Source: Nitrospirota bacterium (lineage in GTDB: Bacteria; Nitrospirota; Thermodesulfovibrionia; Thermodesulfovibrionales; JdFR-85). From it: a DNA stretch of 55,733 bases. The notes below the pieces were generated by a model. It saw only the letters and a program-made list of their open reading frames with translations, was not told where the DNA came from and made no database searches. The translations under genes were made by a program, and so were the position numbers. Below, piece after piece: positions 18,980-27,354 of this stretch (its first letter is position 1; each line of letters starts with the position of its first letter). The stretch spans positions 1 to 55,733 of the forward strand of contig WFMM01000053.1 of assembly GCA_015484595.1 (NCBI GenBank). The letters run 5' to 3'.

Positions 18980-19960
18980 TTACCATCTGATAAGTGCTGA
19001 GCCCCAGGTCAGGCCTCCTCCAAACGCCTCAAGCAGTATGTAGTCGTCCTTTTTTATCCTGCCTGTCCTGACTGCTTCGTCAAGTGCAATGGGGATTGAT
19101 GCTGCAGAGGTGTTACCGTGTCGGTCAAGCGTGAGCATCACCCTGTCAAGACCCAGACCAAGCCTCTTTGCAGTGGCTGCTATTATACGGTGATTAGCCT
19201 GATGTGGTATCAGCAGGGAGAGTTCCTCTGGCTTTACCCTGTTTTTCTTAAGTGTATCTACAACCAGCTTCTCAAGGGTCCTTACTGCAACCCTGAAGGT
19301 TTCGTTTCCACGCATCTTTATAAAGTGAAGACGGTTTTTCACGGTCTCCTTTGTTGCAGGCATCCTTGAGCCTCCTGCAGGGATATGAAGCAGGTCCCAC
19401 ATGGAGCCGTCTGCATAGATGTCAACCGAGAGCACCCCCCTTTTAGCCTTTGTTTTTTCAAGCACCACTGCACCAGCACCATCGCCAAGGAGCACACAGG
19501 TGGTGCGGTCCTGCCAGTCAGTTGCGCGGGAGAGCGTTTCTGCACCAACAAGTAGTATCCTTTCGTAGGTACCTGAGCGTATAAATGCATCTGCCACAGA
19601 AAGGCCGTAGATAAAGCCTGAGCAGGCAGCGTTTAAGTCAAAGGCAGGGGTGTCCTTTGCTCCTAATTTGTGCTGAAGTATGCAGGCCGTTGAGGGAAGA
19701 AGCATATCAGAGGTAACCGTGGCAACCAGTATGAGGTCAATGTCCTTTGGCTTAAGCCCTGCTGCCCTTAGGGCCTCCCGTGATGCCATGAGGGCAAGGT
19801 CTGATGTGGCCTCCTCCTCTGCTGCAATCCTTCTTTCCCTGATGCCGGTTCTTTCCCTTATCCACTCATCCGATGTCTCAACCATCCTTTCAAGGTCAAA
19901 ATTGGTAAGGACCCTTTTGGGCAGATAAGAGCCTGTTCCGATAATCCTTGAGCGTACCAA
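18980..19960 (-). CDS. fabH: 3-oxoacyl-ACP synthase III
   Basis: AACSGF, GDGAGA, PHQAN, GNTSAASIP, FGGGLTWG. Confidence 0.97.
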   Translation of the reverse strand: MVRSRIIGTGSYLPKRVLTNFDLERMVETSDEWIRERTGIRERRIAAEEEATSDLALMASREALRAAGLKPKDIDLILVATVTSDMLLPSTACILQHKLGAKDTPAFDLNAACSGFIYGLSVADAFIRSGTYERILLVGAETLSRATDWQDRTTCVLLGDGAGAVVLEKTKAKRGVLSVDIYADGSMWDLLHIPAGGSRMPATKETVKNRLHFIKMRGNETFRVAVRTLEKLVVDTLKKNRVKPEELSLLIPHQANHRIIAATAKRLGLGLDRVMLTLDRHGNTSAASIPIALDEAVRTGRIKKDDYILLEAFGGGLTWGSALIRW

Positions 19961-19978
19961 TTATCCCTTTTGACCTCC

Positions 19979-21013
19979 TTATACTGGTTCTGGCTGCTCA
20001 GAGGGCTGACTCAGCACATCCCTGTAACGGGCGAGCTCAGCCACTATCTCCTGATAGAACCTCTGTTTTGCAAATTTGTTAGCCAGTTTCAGGGCATTTC
20101 TGATGGCCTTTGAGCTTGAACGGCCATGGCTTATCAGACAGGTGCCGTTTATGCCAAGAAGTGGTGCTCCACCGTATTCTGAGTAATCGGTTTTGCGTTT
20201 GAAGTTCCTGAGTGCAGGCTTCATAAGCATATAGGCAAGTTTCCCGGTAGCAATATTTGCAATCTCCCTTTTAAGCATCTTTATAATGGTATCAGCAAGA
20301 CCCTCGCTTACCTTAAGGACGATATTCCCCACAAAACCATCACATACAATCACATCTGCCTGACCGGTAAAGATGTCTTTACCCTCTATGTTTCCTATAA
20401 AGTTAATTCCTGTGTTTTTTATTAACTTGAAGGCCTCCTTTGTAAGCTCGTTTCCCTTGGTGTCTTCCTCACCTATGCTCAGTAGGGCGACCCTTGGCTC
20501 TTCAATTCCGAGAATCCTCTTTGAAAAGGCCCTTCCCATGAGGGCAAACTGAAGGAGATTTTCAGGGTCTGAATCCACATTTGCCCCTGCATCTAAGAGG
20601 ACAAAGGGGGTGGTAAGTGTGGGCATGGTGGTGGCGATTGCAGGACGATGAACACCCTCAGACTTTCCAAGCATCAGAAGCGAAAGAGCCATGACCACAC
20701 CAGAGTGACCGGCACTTACAAAGGCGTCTGCCTCGCCGTTTTTAACTAACTCTATGCCCCTTCTGATAGAGGAGTCCCTTTTCCTCCTAATTGCAGTAGA
20801 GATGTCGTCTTCCATCTCTACCTGCTCAGAGGCATGAAGGATGGAAAGCCTCTCCTCTGGGTAGCGTTTGCCCTTTAGTTCTGCCCTGATGCGGTCGGTG
20901 TCACCAACGAGAACGACCTCTATATCCTGAGTTTCCAATACAGTCTCAACTGCACCTTCAACAGTAGTGCGGGGGGCATGGTCTCCCCCCATAGCATCCA
21001 GAGAGATCCTCAT
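19979..21013 (-). CDS. plsX: Phosphate acyltransferase PlsX
   Basis: LDAMGGDHAP, LDAGAN, IGEEDTKG, CDGFVGNIVLK, GGAPLLG, HGRS. Confidence 0.97.
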   Translation of the reverse strand: MRISLDAMGGDHAPRTTVEGAVETVLETQDIEVVLVGDTDRIRAELKGKRYPEERLSILHASEQVEMEDDISTAIRRKRDSSIRRGIELVKNGEADAFVSAGHSGVVMALSLLMLGKSEGVHRPAIATTMPTLTTPFVLLDAGANVDSDPENLLQFALMGRAFSKRILGIEEPRVALLSIGEEDTKGNELTKEAFKLIKNTGINFIGNIEGKDIFTGQADVIVCDGFVGNIVLKVSEGLADTIIKMLKREIANIATGKLAYMLMKPALRNFKRKTDYSEYGGAPLLGINGTCLISHGRSSSKAIRNALKLANKFAKQRFYQEIVAELARYRDVLSQPSEQPEPV

Positions 21014-21201
21014 AGCTCTTCTTTTTCTACTATCTCAAGAACCTTTCTTTCTTTGTAGGTTCCACAGCTGAGACATACCCTGTGTGGAAGTTTGAACTCA
21101 CCGCATTCAGGGCACTTTACCATTGAGGGGATGCTACCCTTCCAGTTAGCCCTTCTTTTGTCTCTGCGACAACGGGAATGTCTGGAATGTGGATTTGCCA
21201 T
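21010..21201 (-). CDS. rpmF: 50S ribosomal protein L32
   Basis: MANP..RHS..RRDKRR, CPECG...PHRVC..CG.Y. Confidence 0.96.
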   Translation of the reverse strand: MANPHSRHSRCRRDKRRANWKGSIPSMVKCPECGEFKLPHRVCLSCGTYKERKVLEIVEKEEL

Positions 21202-21202
21202 T

Positions 21203-21721
21203 TCAGTTCTCCTTTCTGCTGGATAAGAGTTTTTTTAGTATCGAAAGACGAGGGTCTATCTCGTCTTTTTTACAGTTACAGCTCTGAAGATTAAGGTCTG
21301 TGCCACAGACAGGGCATAGCCCCTTACACTCATCAGAGCAGAGGGGCTTCATTGGAAGATTAAGAAGCAACTGCTCCTTCACCACATCGGTGATGTCGAT
21401 TTCGTCGTCCTTATAATAACCAATCTCTGATTCGTCTCTTCCTATTTCGTGAATCTCTTCGGTGCTCATCTCCTCGATGGGTAGGTATGTCAGGTCAACA
21501 CTCAGCTCCAGGTCTCGCTGAAACTCTATAAGACAGCGGCTGCACTGAAGACAGACCCTGCCAGAGATGCTACCACTTATGTTTAGCTCAGAGGCCTTCC
21601 TGGTCAGGAAAAACTCTGCCTTTACATCTCCCATGGGCCTTGCAAGGGAGTTACCCTCAATGGGCTCGTTGAAGGAGACCCTGAGCCCTTCATCTTCGAT
21701 TTCTGATACCGTGATCTTCAT
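21203..21721 (-). CDS. yceD: DUF177/YceD family protein
   Basis: CSRCL, LPMKPLCSDECKGLCPVCG.DLN...C.C, DPRLS.LK; upstream of rpmF; ATG 21721 with SD AGAGG. Confidence 0.9.
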   Translation of the reverse strand: MKITVSEIEDEGLRVSFNEPIEGNSLARPMGDVKAEFFLTRKASELNISGSISGRVCLQCSRCLIEFQRDLELSVDLTYLPIEEMSTEEIHEIGRDESEIGYYKDDEIDITDVVKEQLLLNLPMKPLCSDECKGLCPVCGTDLNLQSCNCKKDEIDPRLSILKKLLSSRKEN

Positions 21722-21907
21722 TTTTTCCTCTAAAAGCATGGTTCCCTGTGATTGATTTGCTACCTTTCCCTTTGTCACGGAGAGGTTCTATTATTTTATC
21801 ATTATTCTATAAAATGAAGATACCCTTTCAGGGATTTGTGCTTTTCGGGGAATTAACATTATAATTTTTAAGATACTGGTGTCAAGGGAAAGAAATGAGG
21901 TGTAATG

Positions 21908-22108
21908 GTTATAGGGTTAATCGCGTTTATTGCGTTACTTGCGTTGGGTGGAATTGGGGTGTGTAGTTAGTGTTGAGTTTTGAGTGTTGAGCGTTGAGTT
22001 AAGGTTTTTTATTAAACACTGAAAACTATGCACTCAAAACTAAAACTACACCCTATACGCTACACCCTGTAATATTTAGAATTTAGATATTAGAATTTAG
22101 AATTTTTA
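21908..22108 (+). repeat. Modular palindromic intergenic element, copy C
   Basis: 9-mer (TTGCGTT..) x3-4, GGGTGGAATTGGGG, (GAGTGTT)n, core CTATGCACTCAA (22026-22037), CTACACCCTG, (TTAGAAT)n. Confidence 0.92.
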
Positions 22109-22126
22109 GCTGTATAGGGGGATTAT

Positions 22127-22405
22127 ATGGGTAAGACAAGGGTGCACCTGTTTATTGAGGGAAGGGTTCAGGGAGTATGGTACAGGGCCTTTACCCGTGA
22201 TGTGGCAATGAAACACAACATAAGGGGCTGGGTGAGAAATCTCCCTGACGGAAGAGTTGAGGCTGTTTTTGAAGGTGAGGAGGCTGATATAGAAAAGGCA
22301 GTGGCTGAGTGTTACAAGGGGCCGCCTGCTGCCCGTGTGACAAAGATAGACATTGACCGCCAGCCCTACAGTGGTGAATTCAGCGGGTTTGAGATTAGAT
22401 ATTGA
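22127..22405 (+). CDS. acyP: Acylphosphatase
   Basis: GRVQGVWYR, GWVRNLPDGRVEAVFEG, GPPAARV, FEIRY. Confidence 0.96.
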   Translation: MGKTRVHLFIEGRVQGVWYRAFTRDVAMKHNIRGWVRNLPDGRVEAVFEGEEADIEKAVAECYKGPPAARVTKIDIDRQPYSGEFSGFEIRY

Positions 22406-22672
22406 ATGCGTTGATCGCGTTAATTGCGTTCATCGAGTTAATAGCGTTCATTGCGTTACTTGTGTTCTTTGCGTTTATCGGGTTAATAGTGTTAATTGCG
22501 TTGGGTGGGATTGGGGGGTTTAGTTAGTGTTGAGTGTTGAATTTTGAGTGATGAGTTAGTCTCTTTACTAAACACTAAAAACTATGCACTCAAAACTAAT
22601 AACTACACCCTACACGCTACACCCTACACCCTGGAATGTTTAGAATTTAGGATTTAGAAATTAGGATTTTTT
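22406..22672 (+). repeat. Modular palindromic intergenic element, copy D
   Basis: 9-mer x~11, G-rich block, (GAGTGTT)n, core at 22582-22593, (CTACACC)n, (TTAGGAT)n. 22471-22593 is the exact reverse complement of 18791-18913. Confidence 0.93.
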
Positions 22673-22676
22673 ATTT

Positions 22677-23624
22677 ATGGACATAATAGAAAATATACTT
22701 TCAGGTGTCTCGATTCCTGAAGAGGAATTAATAGAGTTTGTAAAGACGGCTCCATTACACAGGCTTTTTTTCGTTGCCTCTGAGCTCAGAGCCCGTTACA
22801 GAGGGAGTTATATTGACCTCTGCTCAATAGTAAATGCAAAGTCAGGCAGGTGTGCCGAAGACTGTAAGTACTGTGCCCAGTCTGCACATTACAAGACCGG
22901 GGTAGAAAGTTATGGGCTTCTGGATGTGGAGAGGATTCTTGAACGTGCTAGTGAGGCAAAGGCACAGGGGGCAAGGAGATTCTGCATAGTTACAAGTGGT
23001 AAAAAGCCCTCAGAAAAGGAGCTCAGGCGTATTGCCCTTGCCATTGAGGGAGTAAGAGACCTGGGGCTTTTACCCTGCTCTACCCTTGGTCTTCTTGAAA
23101 GAGATGAACTGGCCCTTCTTAAGGAGGCAGGGCTTTACAGGTATCATCATAACCTTGAGACAGCAAGGAGCTTCTTCAGTGAGGTCTGTTCAACCCACAG
23201 TTATGAAGACAAACTCAGAACCATTCAGTCCGTTAAGGATGTGGGGCTTTCTCTTTGCTCAGGTGGCATATTTGGCCTTGGTGAAAGCTGGAGCCAGCGA
23301 CTTGAGATGGCTCTTGAACTAAAGAGGATCTCTCCTGATTCAGTTCCCGTAAATTTTTTGATACCCATAAAGGGCACTCCCCTTGGTGAACGCCCCAGGC
23401 TTGACCCTGTAGAGGCGTTAAGGATAATCAGCTTGTTAAGGATTGTTCTTCCTGATAAAGAGATAAGGGTCTGTGGTGGCAGGCTTCAGGTGCTTGGTGA
23501 GTTTAACTCAATGGTCTTTCTTGCAGGTGCTGATGGCCTTCTTACGGGTAACTATCTCACGCAAAAGGGAAGAAACGCAGCAGATGACCTCCAGATGATA
23601 AGGTCTCAGGGCCTTTCCTGTTAA
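22677..23624 (+). CDS. bioB: Biotin synthase
   Basis: NAKSGRCAEDCKYCAQS, YHHNLET, CSGGIFGLGE, VPVNFL.P.KGTP, GNYLT. Confidence 0.96.
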   Translation: MDIIENILSGVSIPEEELIEFVKTAPLHRLFFVASELRARYRGSYIDLCSIVNAKSGRCAEDCKYCAQSAHYKTGVESYGLLDVERILERASEAKAQGARRFCIVTSGKKPSEKELRRIALAIEGVRDLGLLPCSTLGLLERDELALLKEAGLYRYHHNLETARSFFSEVCSTHSYEDKLRTIQSVKDVGLSLCSGGIFGLGESWSQRLEMALELKRISPDSVPVNFLIPIKGTPLGERPRLDPVEALRIISLLRIVLPDKEIRVCGGRLQVLGEFNSMVFLAGADGLLTGNYLTQKGRNAADDLQMIRSQGLSC

Positions 23625-23625
23625 T

Positions 23626-24603
23626 ATGAAACCCACCTTCCACTTTAAACAGGTAAACCACCTGTTAGATGACCCTGTGGTTTATGTAAGGGTTATCAGA
23701 GAGGGCTATGCCCTGCTTTTTGATGCAGGAGAGCTACACAGCCTCAATTCAAGAGAGATTCACAAGATTAAGCATCTCTTTGTAACCCACATGCACATAG
23801 ACCACTTTATTGGTTTTGACAGGCTTATAAGGGTGCTTTTAAGTAGTGAAAAGACCCTTCATGTTTGCGGCCCAAAGGGTATAATTGATGCAGTAAAGGG
23901 TAAACTTTCAGGCTACACATGGAACCTGATAGTGCAGTATCCCCTGTGTATTGAGGTAAAGGAGTTTTCAGCGGGCACCATGAGGTGTATGCGGTTTTCA
24001 GCAAAAGAGGGCTTCAGACCTGCCCCGAAAGAGCCTGACAGCACCCCACCGTTAATCTTTGAGAACGAGCTCTTTGAGGTAAGCACAATGGAGTTTGACC
24101 ACGGCATCCCTGTGCTTGGCTACAGGGTTCAGGAAAAGGAACATCTAAATGTCGACACGGTCAGGCTTGAGAGACTGGGGCTTACCGTGGGGCCCTGGCT
24201 TGGAAGACTTAAGGAGCTTATCCGAAAGGGAAGGCTTGATGACAGGGTTTCTGTGACTGGAACAGACAGGCAGGTGTTGGTTGGGGAGATGCTTTCAGAG
24301 GGCGTTGTAAGACGAAGCAGGGGACAGAGGTTTTCCTATATTATGGACATTGCCCCTACTGATGAAAACATCCAGAGGGCAATAGATTTCGTAAGAGGCT
24401 CGGATGCACTTCTTATTGAGGCCTACTTCCTTGAAGAGGACAGAGAAAGGGCCATTCAAAGGAGACACCTTACTGCAGCACTTGCAGGCAAACTTGCAAG
24501 GGAGGCATCTGTTAAAGAGGTATTTCCACTTCATGTATCTCCAAAGTACAAGGGCTCTGAGGATAGGGTCTTAAAGGAGCTTTATGAGAACTTCAGACAT
24601 TAA
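23626..24603 (+). CDS. Ribonuclease Z-like metallo-beta-lactamase-fold hydrolase
   Basis: LFDAG, THMHIDHFIG, DHGIP..GY, GPWL exosite region, IEAYF, HLTA, HVSPKY. Confidence 0.85.
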   Translation: MKPTFHFKQVNHLLDDPVVYVRVIREGYALLFDAGELHSLNSREIHKIKHLFVTHMHIDHFIGFDRLIRVLLSSEKTLHVCGPKGIIDAVKGKLSGYTWNLIVQYPLCIEVKEFSAGTMRCMRFSAKEGFRPAPKEPDSTPPLIFENELFEVSTMEFDHGIPVLGYRVQEKEHLNVDTVRLERLGLTVGPWLGRLKELIRKGRLDDRVSVTGTDRQVLVGEMLSEGVVRRSRGQRFSYIMDIAPTDENIQRAIDFVRGSDALLIEAYFLEEDRERAIQRRHLTAALAGKLAREASVKEVFPLHVSPKYKGSEDRVLKELYENFRH

Positions 24604-25669
24604 ATCTAAAGTTTATTATATCTCCATCCTTTACCTCGTATGTTTTACCCTCAAGCCTCAAAAGTCCCCTCTGCCTTGCCTCTGCCATTGAACCTGAGGC
24701 AATGAAGTCGTCATAGCTTATTACCTCAGCCCTGATAAAACCCCGCTCAATGTCAGAGTGGATCTTTCCAGCAGCCTTCTGCGCAGGGGTTCCCTTCTTA
24801 ATCGTCCATGCCCTGCATTCGTCTTCACCGACAGTGAAAAAGGATATAAGCCCAAGGTGTTCGTAACAGACCCTGATGAGTCTGTTCATGGCAGGCTCCT
24901 TTATGCCAAGGTCTTCAAGAAATGCCTCCTGCTCCTCAGGTGAAAGCTGGGCTATCTCCATCTCTATCTTTCCTGAGAGCGTAACAGTGGGGTCGTTGAA
25001 TCTTTTGTTAAACTCTTCTAAAAGCTCCTTTTCCTTTGGTGTGTTAAGGGATGCCTCATCAAGGTTAATCACCATTACCTCTGGCTTAAGCGTAATAAAC
25101 TGTAGATGCCTCAGGGCAAGGAGTTCCTCTTCAGAAAACTCTACATCCCTGAGGGGTCTTTCGGACTCAAGGGAGGCCTTGCACTTTTTAAGCACCTCTT
25201 CCTCCTGAGGGTCTGTTTTTTTGCCCTTCTTTTTTGCCTCCGAAATACGCTCAAGCCTCTTTTCAACCAGCTCAAGGTCTGAAAATATAAGCTCAAGTCT
25301 TATGGTCTCGGCATCCCTTAATGGATTTACATCTCCAAGGGGATGGATTACTGAGTCGTCACTGAACCCCCTTATGACATGGACAATGGCATCCACATCC
25401 TTTATCAGGTCAAGGACCTTTCGGTTCTGGGCAAGGTCTCCCTTTGTGATGCCAAGATAGTCAACATACTCAACCGTAGCATGGGTTGTCTTTCGAGGCC
25501 TGTAGATTTCACTTAGCCTGTCAAGCCGCTCATCAGGCACCTTTACCACTGCTATGTGAGGCTCTGCCTCGGTGGTTGTGTAGATGGTGGTTGGAATGTC
25601 CATACCCGTAAGGGCATTGAATATGGTGGTCTTACCAACATTTGCTGCTCCAATGATACCGATCTTCAT
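24593..25669 (-). CDS. ychF: Ribosome-binding ATPase YchF
   Basis: GAANVGKTT, VPDERLD, DAIVHVIR, NLDE, FFTVG..E.RAWTI, AAGKIHSD, EGKTY.VKDGD. Confidence 0.95.
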   Translation of the reverse strand: MKIGIIGAANVGKTTIFNALTGMDIPTTIYTTTEAEPHIAVVKVPDERLDRLSEIYRPRKTTHATVEYVDYLGITKGDLAQNRKVLDLIKDVDAIVHVIRGFSDDSVIHPLGDVNPLRDAETIRLELIFSDLELVEKRLERISEAKKKGKKTDPQEEEVLKKCKASLESERPLRDVEFSEEELLALRHLQFITLKPEVMVINLDEASLNTPKEKELLEEFNKRFNDPTVTLSGKIEMEIAQLSPEEQEAFLEDLGIKEPAMNRLIRVCYEHLGLISFFTVGEDECRAWTIKKGTPAQKAAGKIHSDIERGFIRAEVISYDDFIASGSMAEARQRGLLRLEGKTYEVKDGDIINFRFNV

Positions 25670-25696
25670 AGATTAAGCTCCCTTCATTAATTATTA

Positions 25697-25839
25697 AGGG
25701 TGTAGGGTGTAGCGTGTAGGGAGTAGTTATTAGTTTTGAGTGCATAGTTTTTAGTGCTTAGTAAAAAAACACAGCAACTCAAAATTCAACACTCAACACT
25801 CAAAACTCAACACTCAACTACCCCCTACTCCCTACTCCC
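25697..25839 (-). repeat. Modular palindromic intergenic element, copy E (minimal hairpin core)
   Basis: Minus strand: GGGAGTAGGGAGTAGGGGGTAGTT-(GAGTGTT)n-loop-CTATGCACTCAAAAC-AACTACTCCCTACACGCTACACCCTACACCCT; core at 25736-25747. Confidence 0.92.
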
Positions 25840-26526
25840 TCAGCCCTGTCTTTTTAATTCGGCTTCTGATGGCCTTATGTAAAGGGGTGTAAGGGTTGCT
25901 GGGTCTGAAAATTCACCCCTCTGTGCCTTTTTCATTGAAGCCCAGGCAAGTGCTGAGGGCAGAGGGTGCATAAGGGCTCCCTCTGCAAACACTGCCATAT
26001 CGGAAAGCTCCCTTTTTATAACATCTCTGTATCGCTCTGTGCCAGTGCCTGCAAAGAGGGTTTTGTCTTTAATCATGGAGATAATCCTCTCAACTGGACT
26101 AACGCTGTCCTCTGTAAGCCTTTCTATCTCACCACCCTGAGCCCTGAAAAGGGCACCATAGACCTCCTTCTTTCTTGCGTCAAACAAAGGACAAATTGTG
26201 TAGCTTGAATGAATAAACTGATGGGCAAAGGCCTCAAGAGAGGACAGGGCCACCACTGGTTTTCCTGTGGAAAAACAAAGTCCCTTTACAGTGCTCAGGC
26301 CAACCCTGAGCCCTGTAAAAGAGCCAGGCCCTATGGAGATGCTGAAGAAATCTACATCCCTTATGTTAAGTGATGTAAGCCTGAGCATATGCTGGATGGA
26401 AGGCACAATAGAGGCAGAGTGCCTCCTCTGGCTACCAAACCGTGCCTCTGCAAGCAGGCCCCTGTGGCTGTCAAAGAGACAGACCCCACCGACCTCAGAA
26501 GATGTCTCAATTGCAAGGGTAAGCAT
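25840..26526 (-). CDS. tsaB: tRNA threonylcarbamoyladenosine biosynthesis protein TsaB
   Basis: LAIETS, GPGSFTGLRVG, DARKKEVY, PLYIRPS.AE. Confidence 0.95.
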   Translation of the reverse strand: MLTLAIETSSEVGGVCLFDSHRGLLAEARFGSQRRHSASIVPSIQHMLRLTSLNIRDVDFFSISIGPGSFTGLRVGLSTVKGLCFSTGKPVVALSSLEAFAHQFIHSSYTICPLFDARKKEVYGALFRAQGGEIERLTEDSVSPVERIISMIKDKTLFAGTGTERYRDVIKRELSDMAVFAEGALMHPLPSALAWASMKKAQRGEFSDPATLTPLYIRPSEAELKRQG

Positions 26527-26536
26527 AGTTAATACC

Positions 26537-26590
26537 GTTTGAGCTGTTTGAACAGTTTGAACCGTTTGAACCGTTCGAGCCGTTTGAACT
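26537..26590. repeat. 9-bp tandem array GTTTGAACC x6
   Basis: gtttgagct gtttgaaca gtttgaacc gtttgaacc gttcgagcc gtttgaact. Confidence 0.92.
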
Positions 26591-27312
26591 TATTTTTTTA
26601 ACCTTGCCCTCAGGATACCAAGGTATTTGTTAAGAAAGTGGTCTCTCGATAAAAAGGGTATAACCGGAGCACTTCTTACACCCAGGAGGTTTAACTGCTC
26701 TATAATTGCCTTGTCTGACGGATCGTATCCAAGCCCTACCCTGAAGGACTTAATAGCAGCCCTTTTGTCACCTTTAAGTAGCTGAACCTTGCCAAGGTGA
26801 AGGTACAGGGTAGAGAGGATAACCTCTGAGCCAACGGTTCTTGAGGCCTTTTTTATGGCCTTTTTACAGTGCCTCAGGGCCTCATCAATCAGCCCCTTTT
26901 CGGCAATCAGGTATCCGTAATAGGAGTTTAACATTGGGTCATCAGGTAGTTCCTTCAGGGCATTCCGTGCTATCTCTGTGGCATCCTCTAACTGACCCTT
27001 TGAGATAAGGCGGTTTATTTCTCTGAAGATGGTCTCCCTTGCCTCTAAGAAGAAGTTGTTTTTCTTTATCTTTTCAACCACGCTCTGGTGCTGTTTGTTC
27101 ATCAGGTCATTGAGGTCTGCATCCCTTTCAAGCACCTTCTGGGTGATGGTCTTTACATGTTTTCCGCTTTTGTAAACCGAGGTCTTTATGAGGATGTTTT
27201 CCTTTTCATACTTGTCTGTAATAATAAAGTATTCGCTTCCCTGGTGAGAGAGTTTTGTATTAAACTGACGGTCTTTGCTTGAGGTGATCTTTATAATGCC
27301 ACGCTTTTCCAT
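26590..27312 (-). CDS. TPR-containing hypothetical protein
   Basis: TPR-like helices (SYYGYL.A, YLHLGKV.L..G.K..AI..F..GL..DP) and C-terminal LG.R..P.IPFLSR...LNKYLG. Confidence 0.7.
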   Translation of the reverse strand: MEKRGIIKITSSKDRQFNTKLSHQGSEYFIITDKYEKENILIKTSVYKSGKHVKTITQKVLERDADLNDLMNKQHQSVVEKIKKNNFFLEARETIFREINRLISKGQLEDATEIARNALKELPDDPMLNSYYGYLIAEKGLIDEALRHCKKAIKKASRTVGSEVILSTLYLHLGKVQLLKGDKRAAIKSFRVGLGYDPSDKAIIEQLNLLGVRSAPVIPFLSRDHFLNKYLGILRARLKK

Positions 27313-27354
27313 AGGTTGATAATTCTTTAAGATGAAGCTTAATGAGTTTTATTA

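Noticed and set aside
14288-25839. CRISPR array or integron attC interpretation of the repeats
   Set aside because: No constant repeats with unique spacers, no cas or integrase gene, and no RYYYAAC/GTTRRRY ends seen.
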